A stretch of 64,000 nt of DNA from Ostreococcus lucimarinus (Eukaryota): the NCBI GenBank assembly GCA_000092065.1, contig CP000587.1; one strand, given 5' to 3'. The translations under genes were made by a program, and so were the position numbers. The notes under the pieces are model-generated. The model worked only from the letters and a program-made list of their open reading frames with translations. It did no database searches and was not told where the DNA came from. Shown here one piece after another: positions 9,583-19,330 of this stretch; within the stretch, counting starts at the first letter, position 1; the number at the start of each line of letters is the position of its first letter.

Positions 9583-12333
9583 TCAAATTTTTGTTGCGTC
9601 CTTCTCGCGCTGTTCCGCGGCTTCCAACAGCGTAACAACTTCGGCGATGAGTCGCTGAGCGCTGCCATTCGCCGCGATGGTCGGAATTATCACTTCACGA
9701 AGGAGCGTGCGCTTCTTGATGCCGAGGATTTCTGAAGCCCACGTGTCGACTGACGTGCTCGCACTCAGAGGCCCGAGGAATTCGGTGCAAACTTCGCGAA
9801 GTTGTGATTCTGCCCCGACAAACGTAGTGCGAGGATCATCACCGCACTCAGTCGCCAAGTGACGCACGTACGCCGCAAGCCACGATTTGAATTCGTCCGC
9901 GGATTGCAACATGGCTGCACCCGCAACTAGAATTTCTAAGTGTCTGCCAGTTTCGCGGCGTGCTGTCAGTCCACTTGTCTGCAGCAGTGCAGCTGGTCCT
10001 ACGTGCGCGGCAGCGCGGGCAGCGGCGATTTGCAATGCTTGCATTTCCCCAAAGCCTGAACTACCCGGCTGACGAAGCCGAGATGTAAACTCCGATCGCA
10101 TGAAGCTTTGGTCGGCAACTCGAGCCCACGTTTGCAGATCACTGTGATAGACGTAAGCGTAACCATTCGTGAAGGTGAAAATCGGAGCCCCGGACTTTGA
10201 CAGTCGCACCGTCGCGAGCGCAACTCCAGAGCGCGAGGAACTACGCACGAGCGCCGAGCAGTCCGCCTTGAGCGTGCAAGTTTCTTTGCCCACGGCCACG
10301 TTCCACACAAGGAGCGTGTAGTCTCTAGTAACGATCAAAAGGGACGAATCATCTTTGCCGGACACTAAGAACGCAGCTCGATCAGGCAAAAGCAGAGACG
10401 GCATGTAACGCCGACCGCATGGGGTGTAGAGTTGCAATGAACCATCCTCAAGAGCAACAGCGCAGAAGTTCTTATTTCCACTGAGATGAGTAGCTTTCAT
10501 ATCGATGCGATCCGTCCACTTCATCTTACCCGCTTGCGAGCAAACCAGCTCCACATAAGAGCGCTCATGGTGGTTCTTTGCCTCGAGAAGTAGTGGTGCG
10601 CGTTCCTCGCTTCCTTCATCCGCCTCTAAGTTTGGCTCAACGAGTTGTATGTGCATCGAACCGGGCGCCGGAGCCACGGGAAGAGGCGGTGGTGCGGGCA
10701 ATGCTGTAGTAGGAATTTGCGAACGCTGCGGCATCGACGGAGTAGTCGGTGGAACCTGCTGCACTTGCGTCGGTTGAAGCGCCACTCGCTTCGGTGCGGG
10801 CGCAGATGGCGCCTCAAAAGCACTCTGCACTCCATTGCCCCCATTCATTGCCGTAGGTTCTATTCTACGTTTCAATCCATTCGTAGCATCCTGCAAATTT
10901 TGAGGCTGCGGATTCGCTGGCAAAGGCTGGAGCTGCACGCGTTGCGGTGCCTTGACTGGAGTGCCCACAGATGGACCGGTGGCTGCGACGGGAACAATGC
11001 GTCGACGACCGTCGTTACTCACCGTCTCGCGTTGCGCTGATATTGTCGCCACTCCGTTTTGTGCTACGCCATTATTACTTCGAATCGGCGCGGGCTGAAT
11101 TCGCTTCGGGGGCGGCGGAGTTGTCTTCACACCCTTGGACACGTCGTCTAACTCGCCCGGCGCAGCCGCCGCGAATCCAAGCAACGTGGGATCTTCCAGC
11201 ATGGGCGCGCGGTTGCGTTTGATATCACCGTACGTCTCGGACAAAAAGGCTTCAGCGGCGGTGTCGTCCAACTTTTCACCGATTTCAGCCGGGTCAAACT
11301 TAAACGTGCACAGTGTCCCGTCGGTGCTGCACGCCAGCAATGTGTACCCATCCGGAGTCCAGCACAAGTCCACCACGGACTGCGAGAAGCATTTACGCAC
11401 GATACACACTGGCTTTGGCCTGTTCGTGGTCCAAATTGTCAGTTTGCAGTCTTGCGACCCACACGCGATGACTGTGTGAACTTTATCTCGCTTCTCGTCG
11501 TGGAAAAGCACGGGCGAGAAGCGCACGGCAACGACGGGTCCTTTGTGTCCGACGAAGTCAAAGTTGCTCCCCCAAGACCCGCGTTCCAACACCGATGCCG
11601 TGTGAGACGGCTTTTTGTACGAGTTACAAGTCGTCACCGCCTTGCCGTCCGGGCTCCAGCACAGGCGCATCGAAAACGTTGCGCCCATGGACGCCTGGTA
11701 CGGTTCCTCAACCTTGGCCACTTGCGTCCAATCATCCGTACGCCATATGATGCACGTCTTATCATCGCTCTGCGTCGCCAGAAATTTCCCTATCGGATCC
11801 CACGCCACGCCTTTGACAAAGCTCGTGTGCCCTCGAAGCGTCGCCACCGGATTCCCCGTGCGACAGTCCCAGATAATCACCAAGTTGTCGAGCGAGCACG
11901 ACGCCAACATGGAATCATCCGGCGACCACGCGATATCGATCACATCCGATCCGTGTCCCCTATACCTCGCCGCGATCGTCCAATTCTCCACGTTCGGCGC
12001 ATCCGCGCTCCCGAACGCCGCCTTTCCCGGTCCCTCTCGCAGCGCGTACACCAACACGCTCGTATCCGTCGACCCGCTCGCCAAATACCGTCCATTCCGC
12101 GAGAACCGCACGCAATTCACCGGTCCGAAGTGATCGCTCAGCGTCGCCAAGCACTTCGGCGCGTTTTCATCCGCCTCAATCTCGCGTTCAAGCACCGGCG
12201 CGAGCGCCCAAACCTTCACCTTTTGATCGCCTCCCGCCGTGGCGAATCTCGACCCATCCGGCGCGGCGTCCACGGAGAATATCGGCGCCGTCCCGTCGTG
12301 CGCGACGAACTCGGGTTTATACACCACCACCAT
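9583..12333 (-). CDS. HIRA: HIRA histone chaperone (N-terminal WD40 propeller plus C-terminal Hira domain)
   Basis: Matches the HIRA N-terminus (KPEFVAHDGTAPIFSVDAAPDGSRFATAGGDQKVKVW...LASGSTD...LASCSLDN). The track start (12339) is a GTG. First ATG at 12333 (MVVVYKPEF). Confidence 0.85.
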   Translation of the reverse strand: MVVVYKPEFVAHDGTAPIFSVDAAPDGSRFATAGGDQKVKVWALAPVLEREIEADENAPKCLATLSDHFGPVNCVRFSRNGRYLASGSTDTSVLVYALREGPGKAAFGSADAPNVENWTIAARYRGHGSDVIDIAWSPDDSMLASCSLDNLVIIWDCRTGNPVATLRGHTSFVKGVAWDPIGKFLATQSDDKTCIIWRTDDWTQVAKVEEPYQASMGATFSMRLCWSPDGKAVTTCNSYKKPSHTASVLERGSWGSNFDFVGHKGPVVAVRFSPVLFHDEKRDKVHTVIACGSQDCKLTIWTTNRPKPVCIVRKCFSQSVVDLCWTPDGYTLLACSTDGTLCTFKFDPAEIGEKLDDTAAEAFLSETYGDIKRNRAPMLEDPTLLGFAAAAPGELDDVSKGVKTTPPPPKRIQPAPIRSNNGVAQNGVATISAQRETVSNDGRRRIVPVAATGPSVGTPVKAPQRVQLQPLPANPQPQNLQDATNGLKRRIEPTAMNGGNGVQSAFEAPSAPAPKRVALQPTQVQQVPPTTPSMPQRSQIPTTALPAPPPLPVAPAPGSMHIQLVEPNLEADEGSEERAPLLLEAKNHHERSYVELVCSQAGKMKWTDRIDMKATHLSGNKNFCAVALEDGSLQLYTPCGRRYMPSLLLPDRAAFLVSGKDDSSLLIVTRDYTLLVWNVAVGKETCTLKADCSALVRSSSRSGVALATVRLSKSGAPIFTFTNGYAYVYHSDLQTWARVADQSFMRSEFTSRLRQPGSSGFGEMQALQIAAARAAAHVGPAALLQTSGLTARRETGRHLEILVAGAAMLQSADEFKSWLAAYVRHLATECGDDPRTTFVGAESQLREVCTEFLGPLSASTSVDTWASEILGIKKRTLLREVIIPTIAANGSAQRLIAEVVTLLEAAEQREKDATKI

Positions 12334-12827
12334 CGTCACCGCCGCGACGCCCGTCGGCGTCGATCTCGCGCGCGCGCGTCACGCTCGCGAGTGCGGCGTC
12401 CGTCGCGGCGTCGTCGCGGCGTCATTTCAAAAAAAACCGACCGCCGGACCGCGGCGACCGCGTCCATCGACCGACCGACGCGCGATCGATCGCGAGACCG
12501 CGAATCGCGCGATCGCGCGAACCTCGAGGCGTCGATCGACCGATCGCGCGATCGGTCGATCGATGGACGCGCGCGCGTAACGACCGCGGACGGCGACGGC
12601 GACGGCGACGGCGCGACGCGACGCGCGATGGCGACGGCGCGACGCGGTGCGCGGGCGACGGTGCGCGCGGGACGAGGGTGCGGCGCGCGCGACGCGCGAC
12701 GGCGAGGCGAGGCGGCGGCGAGGCGAGGACGAGACGCGGGCGAGCGACGAGGACGCGCGCGCGCGGCGGCGAGGGTGGATTTGGACGACGAGGACGTGGA
12801 CGCTGGGTACGTCCCGGGACGAGGTGC

Positions 12828-12866
12828 GCGATGCGATGCGATGCGATGCGATGCGATGCGATGCGC
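12828..12866. repeat. (GCGAT)7 pentanucleotide microsatellite in the HIRA / Mini-III divergent intergenic region
   Basis: gcgatgcgatgcgatgcgatgcgatgcgatgcg. A (GACGGC)n run lies at about 12590-12615 in the same spacer. Confidence 0.85.
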
Positions 12867-12945
12867 GCGAACGGCGGGGTGCGGTTTGGTCGAAAGACGC
12901 GGTGACTGACGGGGAGACGACGAGGACGCAGACGCGCTCGAACGC

Positions 12946-13446
12946 GTGGAGGCGAGCGGGACGGCGCGGTCGAGCTCGCCGGGGGAGGTTTGGGTGCCCG
13001 AAGATTTGGTCGATTTGCGAGGGAAATCGGCGAGGCAGTGGAGTCCGATCGCGTTGGCGTTTTTAGGCGACGCCGTGTTCGAGTTGTACGCGCGAGGGGT
13101 GTTTTTTTACCCGCCCGCGAAACCGCTCGAATACGATTTGAAGACAAAGCGACTGGCGCGCGCCGAGGCGCAGGATTTTTTGCTCAGGCTCTTGATCGAC
13201 GGCGACGCGTTGAGCGAGGAGGAGGTTTCAATCGTAAAATGGGGGCGGAACGCGGCGTACGGGAACATTCCGACGCGATTAAAAGGGAAAGGGAAGGGCG
13301 GGCACGGGACGTATCGCAACGCGAGCGCGCTCGAGTGCCTCGTGGGCTACCTCTACGTCGTCGATCGCGCGCGACTGCAGGAAGTGATGACGATCGTCAT
13401 GTCTGAGACCGCCATCGAGGGCGCGTTGGCGCTGTCTTCGAAATAG
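12946..13446 (+). CDS. Mini-ribonuclease III (Mini-III/RNC3-4-like single RNase III domain, plastid type). The 5' end is unresolved.
   Basis: ALAFLGDAVFELYAR is the RNase III catalytic signature, and the ORF is short and single-domain. The frame is open from 12910 with no ATG until near the C-terminus. The track 'M' at 12946 is a GTG. Confidence 0.65.
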   Translation: MEASGTARSSSPGEVWVPEDLVDLRGKSARQWSPIALAFLGDAVFELYARGVFFYPPAKPLEYDLKTKRLARAEAQDFLLRLLIDGDALSEEEVSIVKWGRNAAYGNIPTRLKGKGKGGHGTYRNASALECLVGYLYVVDRARLQEVMTIVMSETAIEGALALSSK

Positions 13447-13528
13447 TTGTTGTCGTTATCTATCTGTACACGTTCTTTCTTCTAGCGAGCGCCTCTCCCC
13501 TCTCCTCGCGCCTCTCTACCGCCCGCGT

Positions 13529-13792
13529 CTACCGCCCGCGCGCGCGATTGACGTACAAATTCGCGATGGACAGCCCTAAAAACAACCCATACAACCCCGC
13601 CGCCTGCGACAGATTCGCGCTCGCGATCTCGTGCGTCATTCCCGGCGCTTTCCAATCCGAACCGAGGTGCGCGTAGTGCTTCTTAAACAGATGCGACAGC
13701 GCCGCGCAGACGACGACACCGAACGCGCTGAGTCCGGCGCAGCACGTCGCGCTTTGCGAGCTCGTCGCGATCGCGAGCACGCGGCCGAACAT
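13529..13792 (-). CDS. Small two-helix membrane protein (87 aa), function unknown
   Basis: Genuine ATG at 13792. Two hydrophobic helices (VLAIATSS...VVVCAALSHLF and AAGLYGLFLGLSIANLYV). Sits in a gap between converging genes. Confidence 0.4.
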   Translation of the reverse strand: MFGRVLAIATSSQSATCCAGLSAFGVVVCAALSHLFKKHYAHLGSDWKAPGMTHEIASANLSQAAGLYGLFLGLSIANLYVNRARGR

Positions 13793-13875
13793 CGTTCGCG
13801 CGCGCGTCGCGTCGCGGAATCACGTCACGCGCGCCGGACTCAGCGCGTCGTCACATCGCGACGACGCCGCGTTCG

Positions 13876-14415
13876 ATGGGCGAGCGCGGCGACGACGGCG
13901 CTCGCGATGGCGCCGAGCCGTCGTCGTCGTCATCGTCGCCGTCCTTCGCCCTGGTCTTGCTCCCGAGCGGGTTCGTCGTGCGCCCCGTGCCGCCGTGGCC
14001 CGATGCGCGTCGGACGTCCCGGTTGGCGCACGCGCAGCGCGCGCTGGACGCGCTGACGCATCAGTACGACCGGGCGTGGCGAGAGATCGCGAGCGACGTA
14101 TTGCACCGAGGCGTGATGCCGGCAAACGGGGCGCTGAGCGCGCTGCCGATCGTGTACGTCGACGGTGGATGCGCGTGCGAGGTTTGGGACTATCGCGGCG
14201 GCGCGGCGAACGCCGTCGCCGACGTTCGGACGGTGCGGTTGCGAGCGACGTCGGCGACGATCGCGCGGGACGCGGAGATAGAAGCAAATGCGATGGAGGC
14301 GTTGGAAGACGAGGACGCGGCGACGATGCGGCGGTTGCGTTTAGAGGGAGCTCTGCTCGCGGCGACGAAGCCGGCGCTGCGCCTGGAATCGCCTTCGCGC
14401 GAAGACGCTTCTTAG
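13876..14415 (+). CDS. Hypothetical protein (179 aa)
   Basis: ATG at 13876, stop at 14413-14415, followed by an AT-rich promoter-like stretch before the next gene. No recognisable motif. Confidence 0.35.
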   Translation: MGERGDDGARDGAEPSSSSSSPSFALVLLPSGFVVRPVPPWPDARRTSRLAHAQRALDALTHQYDRAWREIASDVLHRGVMPANGALSALPIVYVDGGCACEVWDYRGGAANAVADVRTVRLRATSATIARDAEIEANAMEALEDEDAATMRRLRLEGALLAATKPALRLESPSREDAS

Positions 14416-14708
14416 TTGCCACGACGCGCGCGCGCGCGTCGAGACGGCGAATAGCTCGCTCGCCCATAGTGTATTTTTATATATTGCAGTTTTCTAGCGA
14501 ATCTAGGCGCGATCGCACCGCGCGCGCGCGCGTCGAGACTGCGCTGACAAGCCCTCGAGAGCGTGGCCCGAAATCTCGAGGCCGTTGGCGTGCGAGCCGC
14601 GGCATAGCACGCCTCGCATATCACGCCCGCGAGCGTCCATGCGCACCGACGACGCGCGCAAAACGTAAAACACGCGCGTCCGCGCGCGTCTTCGCGTCGA
14701 ACGGCGCG

Positions 14709-17700
14709 ATGCGCGCCGCGAGGTACCGTCGCGCGCGTCGACGCGTCGACGACCGGGACAGCGGCCGCGGCCGTGGTGTCGTCGCGCTGTGCGCGGTCGT
14801 CGTCGCGCTCGCGCGGGTGAGAACGAGCGGTGGTGAAGCGATATGGGGGTTAGAGACCGTGTACGATGGTTTGGGGTATAATCCAGAGTTCCCGACGCAG
14901 GTTTGCGGCCCGTCCAAGGATGGGAACTCTTTTCGCGCCGCGGGTTGCAAACCGGCGATTACAGAGAAGGATTCGTACGGCACCGCGGGTGATCCGGGAT
15001 TTAGTTTCGCGAGGTACGCGTATAAAGGAAAATCATACGGGCCACCATATAATAATGTAGCGGACGTGGCGGCGTGTACGTACTCGTTGACGTACGCCGC
15101 GGCGGAGGCGGCGGGCCTGGAGCACTGCTTTTACGCTCCGTACACGGGTGGCGTGCCGACGACGACGGTGCAGAAGACGACGACGAACTTGGGATACTCC
15201 ACTCTAGGTTGGCGTCTACCCTTGGCTGAATGGCGAGATAAGTTGCCGGATTACGTGGTGGAACGATACGAATTACCGCCGCTTCGGTTGGGCTTCGAGG
15301 AGGGGACGTTTTGGCCGAATTGGAAGCTACTCTCGAGCGGTTTGCCAAACTTTGCCGTGACGAAGACATGTTTTCTTGAAGCGCACAGCGGAGACTATCA
15401 GCTGTGTAGCGCCTATCCGACGGAGCGTCGCGAAGATATTCACGGCGTCCTTCAAGTGCAAAGCATCTCATTCGCACTCGGGCGTGGGAGCTTGTTCTTT
15501 GAGGCAAACGGCGGAGATAAAAACGTCCCAGACATACCTCAAGACCCGTATCCCATAGCTTCGCACGGGAAAGGTGCGCTTGGAGTTGCGTTAACGAGGA
15601 TTAGCGATGGGTATCGAGTGCTGACAAAACCTGTGCGCGCGAGAAGATATTGGGAAACCTTACGTTGGGAGGAGTCTTTACTCGCACAGTATTACGGGGA
15701 GGTTTTTAGGTTGGAGATTTTCGATTATCGTTCGGGTTCGTTCGGTTGGCTCGCGGTGGATTCTTTCGTAATTCCGCAGGCGCCTGTTATCATCACGGAG
15801 GTGACTCCATCGATTGGACCTCGAGTCGGTGGCACGAGAATCACTATCAGCGGGCAAAACTTTGGAAGTTCCGTTGACGACAAAACCGTGTTCATCGGCG
15901 ATAAAGAATGCATCGACTTACGCATGAGTTATTCTCGTTGTTCGTCCGATACCACCGTTTGTGCTGGTGCGTTGAGCTGTACTACACCAGCAGGTTCCGG
16001 GGTAGGTCTCACAGTAGCGGTGGTGATTGGAGACCCAACCGTCGTCCGCATCGCAGGGCCGCGAGGTGGGTTCCAAGCGGGTTTTTGCGGCGATGAATCG
16101 ACCGAGCATCCCTTCTCCGAATGTGCAATAGATGCAATCGATGCTGTCGCTGGAGCGCGAAAGCGTGGCTTTACTTACGCTGATCCTCCGACGGTGACAA
16201 GTACGCCAGTCACGAGTGCGATCCAAGACATTCAGTACGAGTACACGCTCATTGCTACGGACCCAGACGAGAACGACTTATTGACGTATACGGCAATTAC
16301 GTTACCAACGTTTTTGCAGTTTGATCCAACGACTCGTCTACTTACTGGCGTGCCATTACGGTCAGATGTACAATGTAGGAGCAACAATTGGCACCCAGCT
16401 TCTGAGCGCTGCGCGTTGGGAGCAACGTATCAAGTTGAGTTTGAGATCTCGGACTCAATATACAGAGTTCAGCACAACTTTGAAGTGAAAGTGACGACGA
16501 ATGAGACCTCACTTCTTGTTGATAAGTCCTTTCACTGGGAAAACGCGTTACAAATCTTTGAAAAATACGAAGCCGTCGTTGCTTTGGGGTCGGTTACAGA
16601 ATCGCTCAAAGCCTTGGAAAATAGGAACGTGACGAGTCCGACAGAAATCGTTGGCTTCAATTATAGAAATCCTTTGAATGATGAGGATAAAACGATCCGT
16701 AATGCCCTCATCGCTATTGCAGAGAAGCCGAATATCGATGAAGTCGACGTCGATGCGGCCATTCAGTGGCTGCAAACGAACAACTCTGACGCCGTAAACC
16801 TTGATATGATCCAGGCGCTCAAAGAGCAAGTTGCGGTACAGAAGCGAGGAGACGTATCCAGCGGTGCTTCGGCACCAGCGTTGCAAGGCGTCAGCTGGAA
16901 AGGCTGGTTAAATTATTTTAAAAAACTAGGAACGTCGCTCGGCGCTGGATCTGCCGTTTACACAAATGTTGCTGGGCTCCCCGTTCCAGCCGGCGCAACG
17001 AAAATGCTTACGCGGGAGAAGATAATTGTCATCAAACTATCGACTCCTTGCAACTCGACCGCGTTGAACACGGACAGATATATTCCATCATGTGACGCGG
17101 TTGTGGGTATGTCATCACAGCACGAGGTCTGGCTCGGATTCAGTGACTACGGAACAACGTTGGAGGATGTCATCGTGTTCCCCGAGGATTTTGAGTTTGC
17201 GGATCTTGTTACGTCGGCCGTCTTTACACAAGACGTTCCAGGTTTTCTCGGTCAATTAACTAGACGAATGGTGGCGCAATCAGCAAAGCTACAGGAAATC
17301 GCAACATTGGGCGAAACACACCTTGTATGGTTCGATACATCCACGTCTATGCTAACCGTGAACATGACCATCAAGTCTTCACCGGTGAAAGCAGTCATGC
17401 AACTTGCAACTTCGTATCCTTATCCCGAACCTGGAAAGTATGGATTACCCGAGATTAGCGTTGTGAGCTGCGATAACGTGGCGTACGACTATGAAAACGC
17501 GCTCATTTCATTCAGCAATACCATGACGAGAACTGGTGGATCTTTGACCAGTCGTCTCGCAGCGTTGGCGAACGATGTCTCAACATTTGCGTCACGGTGC
17601 AAAAATTTATGCAACGGTCAGGGTCTGTGCCAAGATTCGCAACTGCCACCCGTTTGTCAGTGTTATCAGGACTACTTCGGCGATGATTGCTCGCAAGTAA

Positions 17701-19148
17701 CGTGTCCGAATGATTGCAGTAATAATGGCGCCTGCGATTCGAGGCAAGTATGTACGCACTTCCCGGAAAGCGGCGAAACAGACTGCTCCGGTGGAACTGG
17801 AAAGTGTGCGTGTAATTACCCTTACTTTGGCAAGGATTGCTCGTTAAAAACATGTGCGAAGAATTTCATCGTTTTTGAAGGTAATTCGACGCACAAGCTC
17901 GACGTCACGGCCGGAACGCAACCTATCAAGGACAAATACACCGCGCTCGGTCTCGATGTGTATGACGTGAAGATTAGCGAAACCAATGGTGACCAACCTG
18001 CAGCTTGGGCAATTCAAGGAGACGAGCTTAGCTTGGCGCATCTTGTTGGATCGGCTTACGTGGAATTTACCAGCTCTGAAGACGGAGAAACGGCGAGATC
18101 ACTGGAGCCATTTTACGTTGACTCTATCCCCAGTCGTGGCGTCGCAATCGAGGCACAATATTTTGCGCAGGAGTACCGCACTTTCGTAAAGCGTGAGCAA
18201 CAGCTACTAGATTTGTTCGGCAAAAGCTCATCAGAGTGCAACGCCGCCGGTGCTTGTGCCTTTGAAACCGGTACGTGCTTCTGTGCGACGCAGTATTATG
18301 GGGCCGGTTGTGAATTTCAGTACTGCGCAAATGATTGTGCAGGTCACGGTACGTGCAATAAGCTTACCGGTGTGTGTACGTGCGAAACACACTACGTGAC
18401 AGATGAAACATATGGATGCGCTTTGAAGGACTATAGTTTGATTTCAACCACGTGCACTGACGAAGCACTTGATAGAGAGGTTGATGACGCTGATCTGCGC
18501 GTGCGTCCATTACACGCATCATGTCTCTTTGGTACAAGATTGGGTAGCCCTGTGACTGGCACGACGACGACTTATATCACTGACTTACAAGGTAATGTGT
18601 GTTTGGATTGCTCTGGTTATACTCTAGAGTCGAACTCCAGGATTTATTTTTACGAAGACGAACCATGCACTTCGTCTGCTGGGAACCGCGAAGACTTTTG
18701 CGACAACACGAAAGAGTCCTACGACACCATCGTTCGCGGCATTGGCATGATACCCGCTGGAGACAGTGGGTCGACTCTTTCATTCAACCTCGCCGCCATG
18801 CGTACATCGGATATTCAGTTTTCTATTTTCAAGGCAAAGGCGGGGATCGTAAGAGAGCATTTAGCTGACATCGATGCGGGCGGTTGTGGTGCATGTACGG
18901 ACGATAATCCCCAGTGCGGCGCCATATTCACTATCGCCGTCGATGGTGTTACCGTATGGACTTCGTTGGTGAACAACAAGTACTCCGAGATCAACATCGA
19001 TATCAGCGCTGCCAGTACCATGACACTCTCCACAGCAAAGTACACCCCGCCGTATTGGCGTTCCAACGTCTTGCCTGGTCTCGCAGGACAAGACGCACCT
19101 GCCGTTTGGTGCGATGGCGCCGCTTGGGCGGACGCAGAGTTCTATTAG
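14709..19148 (+). CDS. Large secreted multidomain protein (about 1480 aa) with a signal peptide, an IPT/TIG domain, a cadherin-like domain and several tenascin-type EGF repeats
   Basis: Signal peptide: MRAARYRRARRRVDDRDSGRGRGVVALCAVVVALARV. TIG-like: APVIITEVTPSIGPRVGGTRITISGQNFG. Cadherin-like: IQDIQYEYTLIATDPDENDLLTYTAITLP. EGF repeats: CNGQGLCQD...CQCYQDYFGDDCSQVTCPNDCSNNGACD and CFCATQYYGAGCEFQYCANDCAGHGTCNKLTGVCTC. The track ORF start (13995) is read-through of the GC-rich upstream region. First ATG that gives a signal peptide is 14709. Confidence 0.7.
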   Translation: MRAARYRRARRRVDDRDSGRGRGVVALCAVVVALARVRTSGGEAIWGLETVYDGLGYNPEFPTQVCGPSKDGNSFRAAGCKPAITEKDSYGTAGDPGFSFARYAYKGKSYGPPYNNVADVAACTYSLTYAAAEAAGLEHCFYAPYTGGVPTTTVQKTTTNLGYSTLGWRLPLAEWRDKLPDYVVERYELPPLRLGFEEGTFWPNWKLLSSGLPNFAVTKTCFLEAHSGDYQLCSAYPTERREDIHGVLQVQSISFALGRGSLFFEANGGDKNVPDIPQDPYPIASHGKGALGVALTRISDGYRVLTKPVRARRYWETLRWEESLLAQYYGEVFRLEIFDYRSGSFGWLAVDSFVIPQAPVIITEVTPSIGPRVGGTRITISGQNFGSSVDDKTVFIGDKECIDLRMSYSRCSSDTTVCAGALSCTTPAGSGVGLTVAVVIGDPTVVRIAGPRGGFQAGFCGDESTEHPFSECAIDAIDAVAGARKRGFTYADPPTVTSTPVTSAIQDIQYEYTLIATDPDENDLLTYTAITLPTFLQFDPTTRLLTGVPLRSDVQCRSNNWHPASERCALGATYQVEFEISDSIYRVQHNFEVKVTTNETSLLVDKSFHWENALQIFEKYEAVVALGSVTESLKALENRNVTSPTEIVGFNYRNPLNDEDKTIRNALIAIAEKPNIDEVDVDAAIQWLQTNNSDAVNLDMIQALKEQVAVQKRGDVSSGASAPALQGVSWKGWLNYFKKLGTSLGAGSAVYTNVAGLPVPAGATKMLTREKIIVIKLSTPCNSTALNTDRYIPSCDAVVGMSSQHEVWLGFSDYGTTLEDVIVFPEDFEFADLVTSAVFTQDVPGFLGQLTRRMVAQSAKLQEIATLGETHLVWFDTSTSMLTVNMTIKSSPVKAVMQLATSYPYPEPGKYGLPEISVVSCDNVAYDYENALISFSNTMTRTGGSLTSRLAALANDVSTFASRCKNLCNGQGLCQDSQLPPVCQCYQDYFGDDCSQVTCPNDCSNNGACDSRQVCTHFPESGETDCSGGTGKCACNYPYFGKDCSLKTCAKNFIVFEGNSTHKLDVTAGTQPIKDKYTALGLDVYDVKISETNGDQPAAWAIQGDELSLAHLVGSAYVEFTSSEDGETARSLEPFYVDSIPSRGVAIEAQYFAQEYRTFVKREQQLLDLFGKSSSECNAAGACAFETGTCFCATQYYGAGCEFQYCANDCAGHGTCNKLTGVCTCETHYVTDETYGCALKDYSLISTTCTDEALDREVDDADLRVRPLHASCLFGTRLGSPVTGTTTTYITDLQGNVCLDCSGYTLESNSRIYFYEDEPCTSSAGNREDFCDNTKESYDTIVRGIGMIPAGDSGSTLSFNLAAMRTSDIQFSIFKAKAGIVREHLADIDAGGCGACTDDNPQCGAIFTIAVDGVTVWTSLVNNKYSEINIDISAASTMTLSTAKYTPPYWRSNVLPGLAGQDAPAVWCDGAAWADAEFY

Positions 19149-19330
19149 CTTTTAGCCGAGTATTCACACGAATGCCATTTAATAGACATTAAATTCCTAG
19201 CGCATCTCCATCTCTTGCCAGACCAACCGCCGGTCTCCAGGCGTGCTAAAACACCAAGTGGGCGTCACTTCGTGGCGTTCACGCACGTTCTATAGTCCAG
19301 CGCGCGCGCTGCTAGCGATCAAAAAGCGTC

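Noticed and set aside
11452-12909. 485-aa plus-strand ORF antisense to HIRA, extending into the spacer
   Set aside because: Arg-rich nonsense composition (…RRRRSRARASRSR…) overlapping a well-supported HIRA CDS. Its tail is repeat-encoded.
13995-14708. 5' 238 codons of the listed 1717-aa ORF
   Set aside because: GC-rich read-through with Arg/Gly/Ala bias that overlaps an independent ORF (13876..14415) in another frame. A proper signal peptide appears only from the ATG at 14709.
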